Source of the DNA: Candidatus Kuenenbacteria bacterium
GTDB lineage: Bacteria > Patescibacteriota > Patescibacteriia > UBA11705 > JABHMO01
NCBI GenBank assembly: GCA_013202715.1
Contig: JABMRF010000040.1
Location: 4,376-68,375 of the forward strand
DNA length: 64,000 nt
Direction of reading: 5' to 3'
In this document: piece after piece, positions 18,954 to 26,680 of the stretch
Layout of the letters: each line of letters opens with the position of its first letter
Numbering within the stretch: the first letter of the stretch is position 1
Translations under genes and position numbers: made by a program
Notes under the pieces: generated by a model
Seen by the model: only the letters and a program-made list of their open reading frames with translations
Database searches by the model: none
Told to the model about the DNA's origin: nothing

Positions 18954-19490
18954 CGCAGATTATGCGGATCTAACGCGGATTTGGCGGACTTTACTGCAAC
19001 GTCCAGCTTTTTTCATGGACCCTGCGTACAATCTCAAGGTTCTTTGCGCCAAAATTCACAATAAATCCTAACTTATATTCTGATGTTGTTAAATATTGAT
19101 ATAATTTCTTTATAAATACTTCAGGGATAAACAATACTGATTTAAATTCAACAATAATTTTTCCGAATGGTACAAAATCTGGCTTATAATAACCTACAAC
19201 TTTTCCCTCCATCATTAAATGAAGTGTTTTTTCTCGTTCGTATAATATACTTTCCCTTTTCAATAATTCTTCAAACGCATTCCCATAAACTTTTTCTTTA
19301 TGACCTGGCCCAAGTGTATTGTAAATTTCCATCCATAAACCGCGGAGTATATATGATGATTCATCTTCATAAATCAATGGCTATCCATCTTTCGTTATTA
19401 TTCCCATATACACGTCACTTTTAATTCCGTTTTATCCGCCGTTCGGCCACGAGCTCACGGCCGAGTGGCGTTAGATCCGCTTTATCCGCG
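18954..19490. mobile_element. Candidate mobile cassette: GxxExxY gene bounded by ~36-bp inverted arms of four GCGGAT units
   Basis: Left arm 18954-18989; right arm 19425-19490 is an imperfect reverse complement once a 30-bp nested insert is removed. Confidence 0.6.
18991..19377 (-). CDS. GxxExxY protein (PD-(D/E)XK nuclease family); possibly 5'-damaged
   Basis: LGPGHKEKVY, YKPDF..KIIVEFKS, QYL, GFIVNFG; an in-frame ATG at 19407 is cut off by TAG at 19381-19383. Confidence 0.88.
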   Translation of the reverse strand: MIYEDESSYILRGLWMEIYNTLGPGHKEKVYGNAFEELLKRESILYEREKTLHLMMEGKVVGYYKPDFVPFGKIIVEFKSVLFIPEVFIKKLYQYLTTSEYKLGFIVNFGAKNLEIVRRVHEKSWTLQ

Positions 19491-19493
19491 CCA

Positions 19494-20612
19494 CTATTCT
19501 ATGTCTCGCATTGCTAACCCAATGGAAGTAGCAAGACGAGGGCCTATAGACTCCAAGATTGGTTCCAAATCCTGTGGATAAATAATTCTGGCCCATGGAT
19601 TACCGATAAATGATCGTATTCCTAATTTATCTGTAAAATATTCCGATAAATTAAACAAACTTGCTGTCCCACCGGACAAGACAATTCTTTCTATTTTTTT
19701 ACCTTTATTATCAGGTTGTTCTAGATAAAAATTCTTTGTGTATTCAATTTCATCAATAATTGATTGGATTGGTCGCTCTATAATTTCCGGTAAAGTTTTT
19801 CCCTCTCCTAATGCTTCCGGATTGCTGGCCAAATCCCTTTTGAACTGTTCAGCCTGTTCAATAGAAATATTCAGAGTCTTAGAAATTTCATTGGTAATGG
19901 AAAGTCCGCCGACTCCGAGACTTCGGTTCAACAGAGGAATTGCATTTTCAACCACAGAAATATCTGTTCCCACAGCGCCAATGTCAACCAAAACCACAAC
20001 TGATTTATCTTTTCCAACCATCGATCGAGCCAAGGCAAATGATTCTGTTTCTAAACTGATTAAATCCAAACCTGCTTTCTTGAAAATTTGAATATATTTT
20101 TGCACAACTTCCTTTGCCGCTCCGGTCAACAAAACCTGTAGGTTTTTGATTTTGGCACCATCTCCTTTTGCTCCTTTGTCCTCTTTTAAAATATCTTCAT
20201 TGCCAATAACTTTCCAGTCCAAAATCATTTCTTCCAGTGGAAGCGGTAAGACTTTTTTTGCTTCCCATTCAACTGCAGCTGTCACTTTCTTTGGTGAAGC
20301 CAAATCCTTTTTGCTGATTTCAGACAAAGAAATAATTGAACTAAAAACTGCCGGCGCCGGGAGTGCGGTAATGGCTCTCTTTGTGATAACTTTTGATCGT
20401 TCCAAAACTTTCTTAATCATTTCCGCAGTTTTCTCCGGCTGATCAATCAATTTGGATCCCTCTCCAGACAAAGAACGCTCCAAATAACCATATGTTACCA
20501 ACTGCGCACGTCCATTGTTGTTAGTTAATTCAACCAACTTAATACTACTCCCACCGATGTCTACGCCAAGATAATTTGTATCTGCTGTTCCTTTTTTTGA
20601 AAATAAGCCCAT
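19494..20612 (-). CDS. pilM: Type IV pilus assembly protein PilM
   Basis: LGVDIGGSSIKLVEL, VDIGA, AEQFK, LSGGTA, IGLAMR; start taken as MGLFSKK. Confidence 0.92.
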   Translation of the reverse strand: MGLFSKKGTADTNYLGVDIGGSSIKLVELTNNNGRAQLVTYGYLERSLSGEGSKLIDQPEKTAEMIKKVLERSKVITKRAITALPAPAVFSSIISLSEISKKDLASPKKVTAAVEWEAKKVLPLPLEEMILDWKVIGNEDILKEDKGAKGDGAKIKNLQVLLTGAAKEVVQKYIQIFKKAGLDLISLETESFALARSMVGKDKSVVVLVDIGAVGTDISVVENAIPLLNRSLGVGGLSITNEISKTLNISIEQAEQFKRDLASNPEALGEGKTLPEIIERPIQSIIDEIEYTKNFYLEQPDNKGKKIERIVLSGGTASLFNLSEYFTDKLGIRSFIGNPWARIIYPQDLEPILESIGPRLATSIGLAMRDIE

Positions 20613-20622
20613 ATTTTTAGAA

Positions 20623-20752
20623 AAATTCAAAGCCCAAAATCCAAAATTCAAAGGAAATCTAAAGCTCCAAATTTAAATATAAAATATACCTTGGAATCTT
20701 AAATTTTTATTTTCGAATTTCCTTTGTGCTTTGTGCTTTGTATTTTGTATTT
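20623..20752. repeat. Inverted 7-bp tandem repeat element upstream of pilM
   Basis: AAATTCA AAGCCCA AAATCCA AAATTCA ... TTTGTGC TTTGTGC TTTGTAT TTTGTAT. Confidence 0.7.
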
Positions 20753-20804
20753 TATTCAATGATATTATATCACTTTTTACGTAAATATAAAAACATTTAT
20801 CCAC

Positions 20805-22346
20805 TTATTCCCAACTTGGTAAAGCTTTTGCTAAATCAGCGAATCCAGGTGGCGGATTTACGATGACTCGACCATCGTAAATAACTTGTTCAGAAGGAGC
20901 CAAAGTTTCCAAATCTGAAACTTGTCGTTCAAATCTAAATTTTCTGGCAATCATTAGTCCATTAACCTGCAACGTTTTATCAAATTTATTATTAACAATT
21001 GTTTTTGTGCCGGTGTAAATTGTATTTTCAGCGTAAAAATTCCCATCCAGTCGATCAACATCCGGACTGATGTAAATATTTCCACCGGTGCCATCATCAT
21101 TCTTCAAAACGATCCAGCCGATCGACGGCAACTGTTTTGCTTTTTTAACTGAACTTGTTAAATATTGATGATAACCATTTAAATATAGATCGCCCCGAAC
21201 AACAATCGTTCCAGAAGCATTTTCATGATTGGTGTAACCGGTACGATATTTTTTGTGATTTATTTTAAAATCTGTATTTGAATAATATACTTTGCCGTCT
21301 AAAATTGAATACAAGGAAGAACTAAATCCTTGATTGACACTTTCAACTTTTCCATACTGGCCGGCCAACAAACCCTTGATATCTAATGTTCCGATATTAC
21401 TGCGATAATCATTTTCCTGACTCGGTAATGTTAACACGCCGATGTCATCGCTAACCCAACCCAAGCCTTCACACTCGCCTGCCACTTCACATTCTGAAGA
21501 AAAGTGAACAATAGAGCCGTTACTTTGCAACATGAAAGTAGCGTTATATTGTCCTTCTGGTGCCACATTTTGATAAAGAGAACCAATCCCCCTTTGGGCG
21601 TAAATATCTCCGCCAACAGTTTGCACGTAAGGCGCATTTACTTTAACTATATTTTGTTCAGGATGAAAGCCCAGCCAACCAAACCCAGTGTCGTCTCCAT
21701 TTCCATTCCAACTCCAGCCAACTAAAGAATTATTTTTGTAATCGATCCCAACTCCGTGTTTATAACACTTACTACAAGCGTAACATGTCCCGTTACTGCA
21801 ACTCGAACAGTCCTCGCAAATTTCTTTACTGCCTTCATATTGATTTGAATTAAAGCACAAGCCGCATCGATCTCGATTTTCATCTTTTAATCTGGCGCAA
21901 TTTCTACAAGAATATTTTTTCCCGGAAGAACTAACTTCGTTTCCGGTTAATTTACTCCAGCCGTCCATTCCAAGTACAGTCCAGTTTGTCCAGCCAAAAA
22001 GTATTCCATGTTCAGAAATTCTAACTTCAGGCGTAAATCCGTCAGGTGCGTTTCCAACACTGGAACAAGATTCACCAAAACAAACCCAGCCACCGTATTC
22101 TGACCAAGACCAGCCATCCATCTTTCTGGTTTCATTATTATAATCAACACCGTAATCACTTTGGATACATTTGTTGTTAATGCCGTCGTTGTAACAATTC
22201 AAAGACAACCAGCCGATATTTTCTGACCAGGCCCAGCCGGTAATTTTGTGATTCTTGCTTGCGTTAACGTTGGAGTCGTAAGAAATCAAAAAAACAAAAA
22301 AACAAGAAACCAATAACAAAAAAATTGTGGTTACTTTTTTGTTCAT
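20805..22346 (-). CDS. Secreted CPR-type surface/pilus-associated protein with GWAW repeats and Cys-rich insert
   Basis: GWAWSENIGWLS, GWSWSEYGGW, GWSWNGN..GFGW; CxxC run; C-terminal PPPGF. Confidence 0.8.
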   Translation of the reverse strand: MNKKVTTIFLLLVSCFFVFLISYDSNVNASKNHKITGWAWSENIGWLSLNCYNDGINNKCIQSDYGVDYNNETRKMDGWSWSEYGGWVCFGESCSSVGNAPDGFTPEVRISEHGILFGWTNWTVLGMDGWSKLTGNEVSSSGKKYSCRNCARLKDENRDRCGLCFNSNQYEGSKEICEDCSSCSNGTCYACSKCYKHGVGIDYKNNSLVGWSWNGNGDDTGFGWLGFHPEQNIVKVNAPYVQTVGGDIYAQRGIGSLYQNVAPEGQYNATFMLQSNGSIVHFSSECEVAGECEGLGWVSDDIGVLTLPSQENDYRSNIGTLDIKGLLAGQYGKVESVNQGFSSSLYSILDGKVYYSNTDFKINHKKYRTGYTNHENASGTIVVRGDLYLNGYHQYLTSSVKKAKQLPSIGWIVLKNDDGTGGNIYISPDVDRLDGNFYAENTIYTGTKTIVNNKFDKTLQVNGLMIARKFRFERQVSDLETLAPSEQVIYDGRVIVNPPPGFADLAKALPSWE

Positions 22347-22370
22347 AACTGGGTTCATTATACCATGCAG

Positions 22371-22466
22371 ACGCAAAACCGCAAAATTAAAAAAAGCGCA
22401 AAACTTGAAGTTTTTACGCTTTTGCAAATTATTTTGCGTTTTTACGACTTTTGCGTTTTTGCGTTT
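22371..22466. repeat. Inverted 8-bp tandem repeat element (CGCAAAA/TTTTGCG)
   Basis: ACGCAAAA CCGCAAAA...GCGCAAAA then TTTTACGC, TTTTGCGT x3. Confidence 0.75.
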
Positions 22467-22488
22467 ACAATTCTGACGATTAACTTCG

Positions 22489-22764
22489 CTAAAACTTATC
22501 GGTCGGATCGTAATCTTCGATTTTCGTACCACTACCTTGAACTAACGCCTCTTTTCCCAGAGATATAGACAAAACGCCAATAATGACAACAACCAACGCT
22601 ACAATATTACTGATCAAATATGAAAATTCAGATATGCCCAAGACATTATGAAAAGAATCTTCCCAAATCGCCCAACTGAGCAAAATCATCACAAAAGTAT
22701 TTACTGTCCATAAAAAACAAATTCCCCATATTGCCACTATTAACCCAAGTAAAACTTTTTTCAT
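22489..22764 (-). CDS. Small two-TM membrane protein
   Basis: SD GGAGG; two hydrophobic helices. Confidence 0.7.
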   Translation of the reverse strand: MKKVLLGLIVAIWGICFLWTVNTFVMILLSWAIWEDSFHNVLGISEFSYLISNIVALVVVIIGVLSISLGKEALVQGSGTKIEDYDPTDKF

Positions 22765-22794
22765 TTTATCCTCCCTGCCGGAACTTCCAAAAAC

Positions 22795-23019
22795 TCACCC
22801 CCGACATCTCCACCCTCCATTCGGCTCAAACATGCCCATCTTATACATAACTTTCAAAGAAAAGGAAATAATTAATGCCCCAACGACGAACGCTTGCCCG
22901 TGAGAAAAAACTCCGAACAAGGGATAATCGACAAAAAAGGGAACAACTATAAAGATAAGTCCACTGAGGAAAAAAAGCATCAACAAGGAAAACTCTATCA
23001 TTATAATCAGAAACCACAT
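22795..23019 (-). CDS. Small two-TM membrane protein
   Basis: SD GAGGGG; hydrophobic; PLFG motif. Confidence 0.7.
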   Translation of the reverse strand: MWFLIIMIEFSLLMLFFLSGLIFIVVPFFVDYPLFGVFSHGQAFVVGALIISFSLKVMYKMGMFEPNGGWRCRG

Positions 23020-23030
23020 GGTATCCCCTC

Positions 23031-23246
23031 TTATTGAAAATCCTTCGGCACTTCAGGAATTGGCCATAAATTCAACCGGGCGCCAAGAATAACTGAAACT
23101 GCGAAAACTGCCAAACCTAAAAACATTGTTCCGCCTTCGCCCAAATAGCCAAACAGCGGCGCAACCATCATCACTATTCCAGTCAAAGCACCCAATACAG
23201 CCAGAAGTTGCAAAAATTTTATGATTAATCAAATCACCTTTTCCAT
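23031..23246 (-). pseudogene. Small two-TM protein with in-frame TGA at codon 6
   Basis: GGAGG-N5-ATG at 23246 reads MEKVI*LIIKFLQLLAV...PLFG, in frame with ORF 23031..23213. Confidence 0.65.
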
Positions 23247-23280
23247 GTTGGCCTCCATTTGTAAAAGAACTGAATATATG

Positions 23281-23309
23281 ATCTTATTATAATTTAAATG
23301 GATTGTCAA
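23281..23309 (-). promoter_or_regulatory. sigma70-type promoter of the small membrane protein cluster
   Basis: TTGACA-17 nt-TAAGAT. Confidence 0.55.
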
Positions 23310-23324
23310 GTATTCTTAATCAAC

Positions 23325-23358
23325 CGTGAAGGCGACACGTCGACGTGTCGCCTTCACG
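23325..23358. repeat. Perfect 34-bp palindrome after the rnhA stop
   Basis: CGTGAAGGCGACACGTC|GACGTGTCGCCTTCACG. Confidence 0.9.
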
Positions 23359-23359
23359 A

Positions 23360-23770
23360 TTAATTCCCACTCCTTTTCTCATCAAGCGCCTCATTGACCA
23401 TCGCATCCGCCTCGGTATTATCTTCACGATAAATATGCTTGTATTCAATCTTTTTGAAATGACCTTGCAGATTGTGAATTTTTAAAAACTGTTGAGCTAA
23501 ATCCTGATTTTTAACCTTGTACTCGCCTTTGAGCTGTTTCACAACCAGCTCGCTATCTAATTTGAATTCCAATTCCGTTCCGCCAAGTTCTTTTGCTTTT
23601 TCCATCGCAAAAACAACGGCCTGATATTCAGCCTGATTATTTGTAGTTTCGCCAATGCATTTTCCTTCACTGAACAAAACTTCTTCTTTTTCATTTTTAA
23701 TGACAATGCCGATTGCAGCGGGTCCCGGATTTCCTCTCGCTCCCCCGTCGCAGTTTATTGCTAATTTCAT
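23360..23770 (-). CDS. rnhA: Ribonuclease HI
   Basis: DGGARGNPGPA, TNNQAEY, DSELVVKQ, REDNTEAD. Confidence 0.93.
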   Translation of the reverse strand: MKLAINCDGGARGNPGPAAIGIVIKNEKEEVLFSEGKCIGETTNNQAEYQAVVFAMEKAKELGGTELEFKLDSELVVKQLKGEYKVKNQDLAQQFLKIHNLQGHFKKIEYKHIYREDNTEADAMVNEALDEKRSGN

Positions 23771-23777
23771 ATTGTGT

Positions 23778-23828
23778 TTATTACTTTTAACTTTTACATT
23801 TTACATTTTACCTTTTACCTTTTACCTT
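23778..23828. repeat. 7-bp tandem repeat (TTTTACM) spanning the recJ 3' end
   Basis: TTTTAAC TTTTACA TTTTACA TTTTACC TTTTACC TTTTACC; supplies the RecJ tail KVKGKR*. Confidence 0.8.
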
Positions 23829-25544
23829 CATATCCACAGCCTTGAATTCAAACTCCCGATTTCCGTTCCATTCGTTGATTCCAAGTTCGCACACCACGTC
23901 TATTGTATCACCAACCCTTAACTTTTCCAACCATTCTTTCGCTTTTCCAAACCAAAGCATTTTATACAATTGTGGACCATCTTGTTTGAAATTAATTCGC
24001 AAATGAGTTTTGTCTTTTCCGATCGCATCCATGGCGACAACTTGTAAATTATTGATAATAAAGAGCGGCTTAGGATTTCTTTCACCAAATGGAGAAAATT
24101 TTTCAAGCTGGGCCAAAAAATCGAAATCAATTTGACTTGTCTTTACCTCAGCGTCAACTTCCAAGACAGGTTGCAAATCAAGATCAGCAAGTTCTTTTTC
24201 AGCATGCAAGGTAAAATCATTTTCAAATTGCTCGCGAACTTCTACTTCATTCAAAGTAAATCCACATGCGCCAGGATGGCCACCGAACCGAGCGAGATGA
24301 TCGCTGACTGTGCGCAGCCCTTCAGTAATATTAAATTCATCAATTGAACGACCGGAGCCAGTTACGTTTCCATTGCAAAGCGTCATCGCCACAGCCGGCC
24401 GATAATACTTGTCCGCCAGTCTTCCGGCGATAAGGCCGACAATTCCCGGTAACCAATTTTCATTATAAACAAAGATAATCTTTTTCTTTTCTATTTCCTC
24501 GAGCTGAGCAGTCGCCTCTTCCAGGGCGCCAATAATCACCTGCTGGCGAGCCTGATTATTTTCCTGCAATTCCTGAGCAATTCTCTCTGACTCCAGGGCG
24601 TCATCAGAAACTAATAATTCATAAGCCACACTGGCATGATTCATTCTCCCTGCGGCGTTGAGCCGAGGTGCAAGTTGAAAACCGATTGTAAAAGAATTGA
24701 TCCCCTTTGAACCAATTGATTCCAATAACTTTTGTAAACCGACCCAGCGCGTTTTCTCGAGAACTTTCAATCCCCACTTTACCAGGACTCTATTTTCGCC
24801 GATAATTGGTGAAACATCCGCAACAGTTCCAATGGCCACAATATCAAGCAACCATTTTTGAAAACCTGCCACCCCGCCGAACGTCATGAATTCATTTTCA
24901 TATTTACTAAGTTTCTCCGTATCACTCAAAATTGCTTGAACCAGCTTATATGCCACTCCAGCTCCAGCTAATTCCTGGAATGGGTATCCGCTGCCCCCCA
25001 CTTTTGGATCTAAAGTTGCAAAAGGTTTAGGTAAAACTTCCGGTGGTTCATGGTGATCTGTAACGATAACGTCAACACCCTTTTCGGTTAAATAAGCAAT
25101 TTCGTCCACATTTGTGATACCACAGTCAACTGTGATTAACAGTTTAGCTTTTTGAGCAATAAATGTGTTCAAGTTGTTCATGTTCAATCCATAGCCGTCC
25201 GTTTCTCTGTGCGGGATAAAGACCTGAGCATCAGCTCCAAGTAACTTCAAAGTACGAAATACGATAGCGGAACTGGTAACTCCGTCTGCATCATAGTCGC
25301 CGTGAATCAAAATCTTTTCTTTTTTTTCAATCGCCTGCCATACCCGCTCAACTGCCTTCTTCATATCTCTGAATAAAAAAGGATCATGGATCTTTTCGTA
25401 TCCAGGATCAAAAAAATCATCAATCTCTGATTGACTTTCTAAGCCTCTATTGTATAATAGTTGTGTAACAATTGGATGCTGGCCCTCAAATTTGTTTTTG
25501 AACTCGTCCGGTGGGGCATCCTTTACTTTCCAATTTTTAATCAT
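23808..25544 (-). CDS. recJ: Single-stranded-DNA exonuclease RecJ
   Basis: GDYDADG, TVDCG, TDHH, PRLNAAGR, GSGRS, FGGH. Confidence 0.96.
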   Translation of the reverse strand: MIKNWKVKDAPPDEFKNKFEGQHPIVTQLLYNRGLESQSEIDDFFDPGYEKIHDPFLFRDMKKAVERVWQAIEKKEKILIHGDYDADGVTSSAIVFRTLKLLGADAQVFIPHRETDGYGLNMNNLNTFIAQKAKLLITVDCGITNVDEIAYLTEKGVDVIVTDHHEPPEVLPKPFATLDPKVGGSGYPFQELAGAGVAYKLVQAILSDTEKLSKYENEFMTFGGVAGFQKWLLDIVAIGTVADVSPIIGENRVLVKWGLKVLEKTRWVGLQKLLESIGSKGINSFTIGFQLAPRLNAAGRMNHASVAYELLVSDDALESERIAQELQENNQARQQVIIGALEEATAQLEEIEKKKIIFVYNENWLPGIVGLIAGRLADKYYRPAVAMTLCNGNVTGSGRSIDEFNITEGLRTVSDHLARFGGHPGACGFTLNEVEVREQFENDFTLHAEKELADLDLQPVLEVDAEVKTSQIDFDFLAQLEKFSPFGERNPKPLFIINNLQVVAMDAIGKDKTHLRINFKQDGPQLYKMLWFGKAKEWLEKLRVGDTIDVVCELGINEWNGNREFEFKAVDMKVKGKR

Positions 25545-25719
25545 ACATATATTTTACAACAAATATGAGAAAAGCACAAAGAATAACCTGGGGAATTATC
25601 GTTATAATTATGATTCTTTCAATGGTAATGTGGACAATGGGATCATTTTTTTACTTTTAATAGTTACCATTATCTCAAACAAAAAAAGCTGTGTTCAAGG
25701 ACACAGCTTTACGTATTGT

Positions 25720-26397
25720 TTAGATTACATCCCAGCTAACGCCGGTAATCTTCAAGCCAACTTCTTTCAGCCCGGGATTAATCTTTTCCTGAAGAAGCTC
25801 CAGAAAAGCCTGTTTTTGCTCAGGCCGCTCGGGATTATGAAAATGAGCCAGTTCTTTTGAATAGGAATCATTGAAATCGTACAAGTAATATGAGATCCTT
25901 TTTTGCAATACCTCTTTTGACTCATCTTTTGTTATTGCGACTGGCAATTGCCGTTTATCCTGATGCTCTTCTTTATAGCATTGAGCAACATATGCCACAG
26001 CCAGTTCTGGGTCAATTATTTCAAAACCAACTGTATAGTTCAGCACACGAACCTTGGGATTGTCAGTGATCGGCCGAACCATTGATTCAACTTCTGCCGC
26101 TACGAGGTAGTTTACGCAATCCTGTCCGGTACAAAATACAAAATATTCACTTGTATCAACAACTTTACCATTTTCAATTTGCGCTACCCGATCTTCATCT
26201 GGTTTATTTGATAAAAACCGTGTATATTCCATGAATAAAGGTGAAAAAACCACCAGCGCTGTAATCGCGAAAGATAGCACAGTCGAAATTCTTAAAAAGC
26301 CTTCCAAGCGCTGATTTTTTACTGGTTTAACTTTTAGCATTACAAACGTCAAGACAACACAAACAACACACGCGCAAATCCATAGAAGTCCACCCAT
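25720..26397 (-). CDS. Hypothetical membrane protein
   Basis: SD GGAGGTG; two N-terminal TMs; promoter TTGACA-17-TAAAGT near 26446-26474. Confidence 0.7.
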   Translation of the reverse strand: MGGLLWICACVVCVVLTFVMLKVKPVKNQRLEGFLRISTVLSFAITALVVFSPLFMEYTRFLSNKPDEDRVAQIENGKVVDTSEYFVFCTGQDCVNYLVAAEVESMVRPITDNPKVRVLNYTVGFEIIDPELAVAYVAQCYKEEHQDKRQLPVAITKDESKEVLQKRISYYLYDFNDSYSKELAHFHNPERPEQKQAFLELLQEKINPGLKEVGLKITGVSWDVI

Positions 26398-26467
26398 GTC
26401 ATCACCTCCATTTAATTAAAGAACTACCCTTTTGGGATATACTCAACTTTAACAATTTGAAATTGTT

Positions 26468-26530
26468 TTGTCAAGACCTCGAGCCTGCCTACCGCAAGCA
26501 GGTGTAGTCGAAAGGTCAATAGCTTGACAA
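26468..26530. repeat. Nested palindromic element between divergent promoters
   Basis: GACCTCGAG[CCTGCCTACCGCAAGCAGG]TGTAGTCGAAAGGTC flanked by TTGTCAAG and CTTGACAA. Confidence 0.6.
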
Positions 26531-26680
26531 TTCCGTTCAATAAATATAACATTAAATCTAATCCCCGGAACGTTTCCGGGTTGTCCAAAGCATATGTTTT
26601 GGATAAAGGTGCTGAGTGGCCTGTGCCAACCAAAGGCCAAGGTTCATTACAAGCCTTTCGAGGCAAAAAGGAGGTGTCAT

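Noticed and set aside
20613-22532. ORF-track N-terminal extensions of pilM and the GWAW protein (likewise 12583, 33261, 41046, 44107)
   Set aside because: They are translations of repeat elements; downstream ATGs match the family starts.
23229-23231. In-frame TGA as evidence for genetic code 25 (UGA=Gly)
   Set aside because: Core genes (pilC, cysS, acyl-CoA ligase) end at TGA at the expected lengths and contain no internal TGA; the other lone stops are TAA and TAG.
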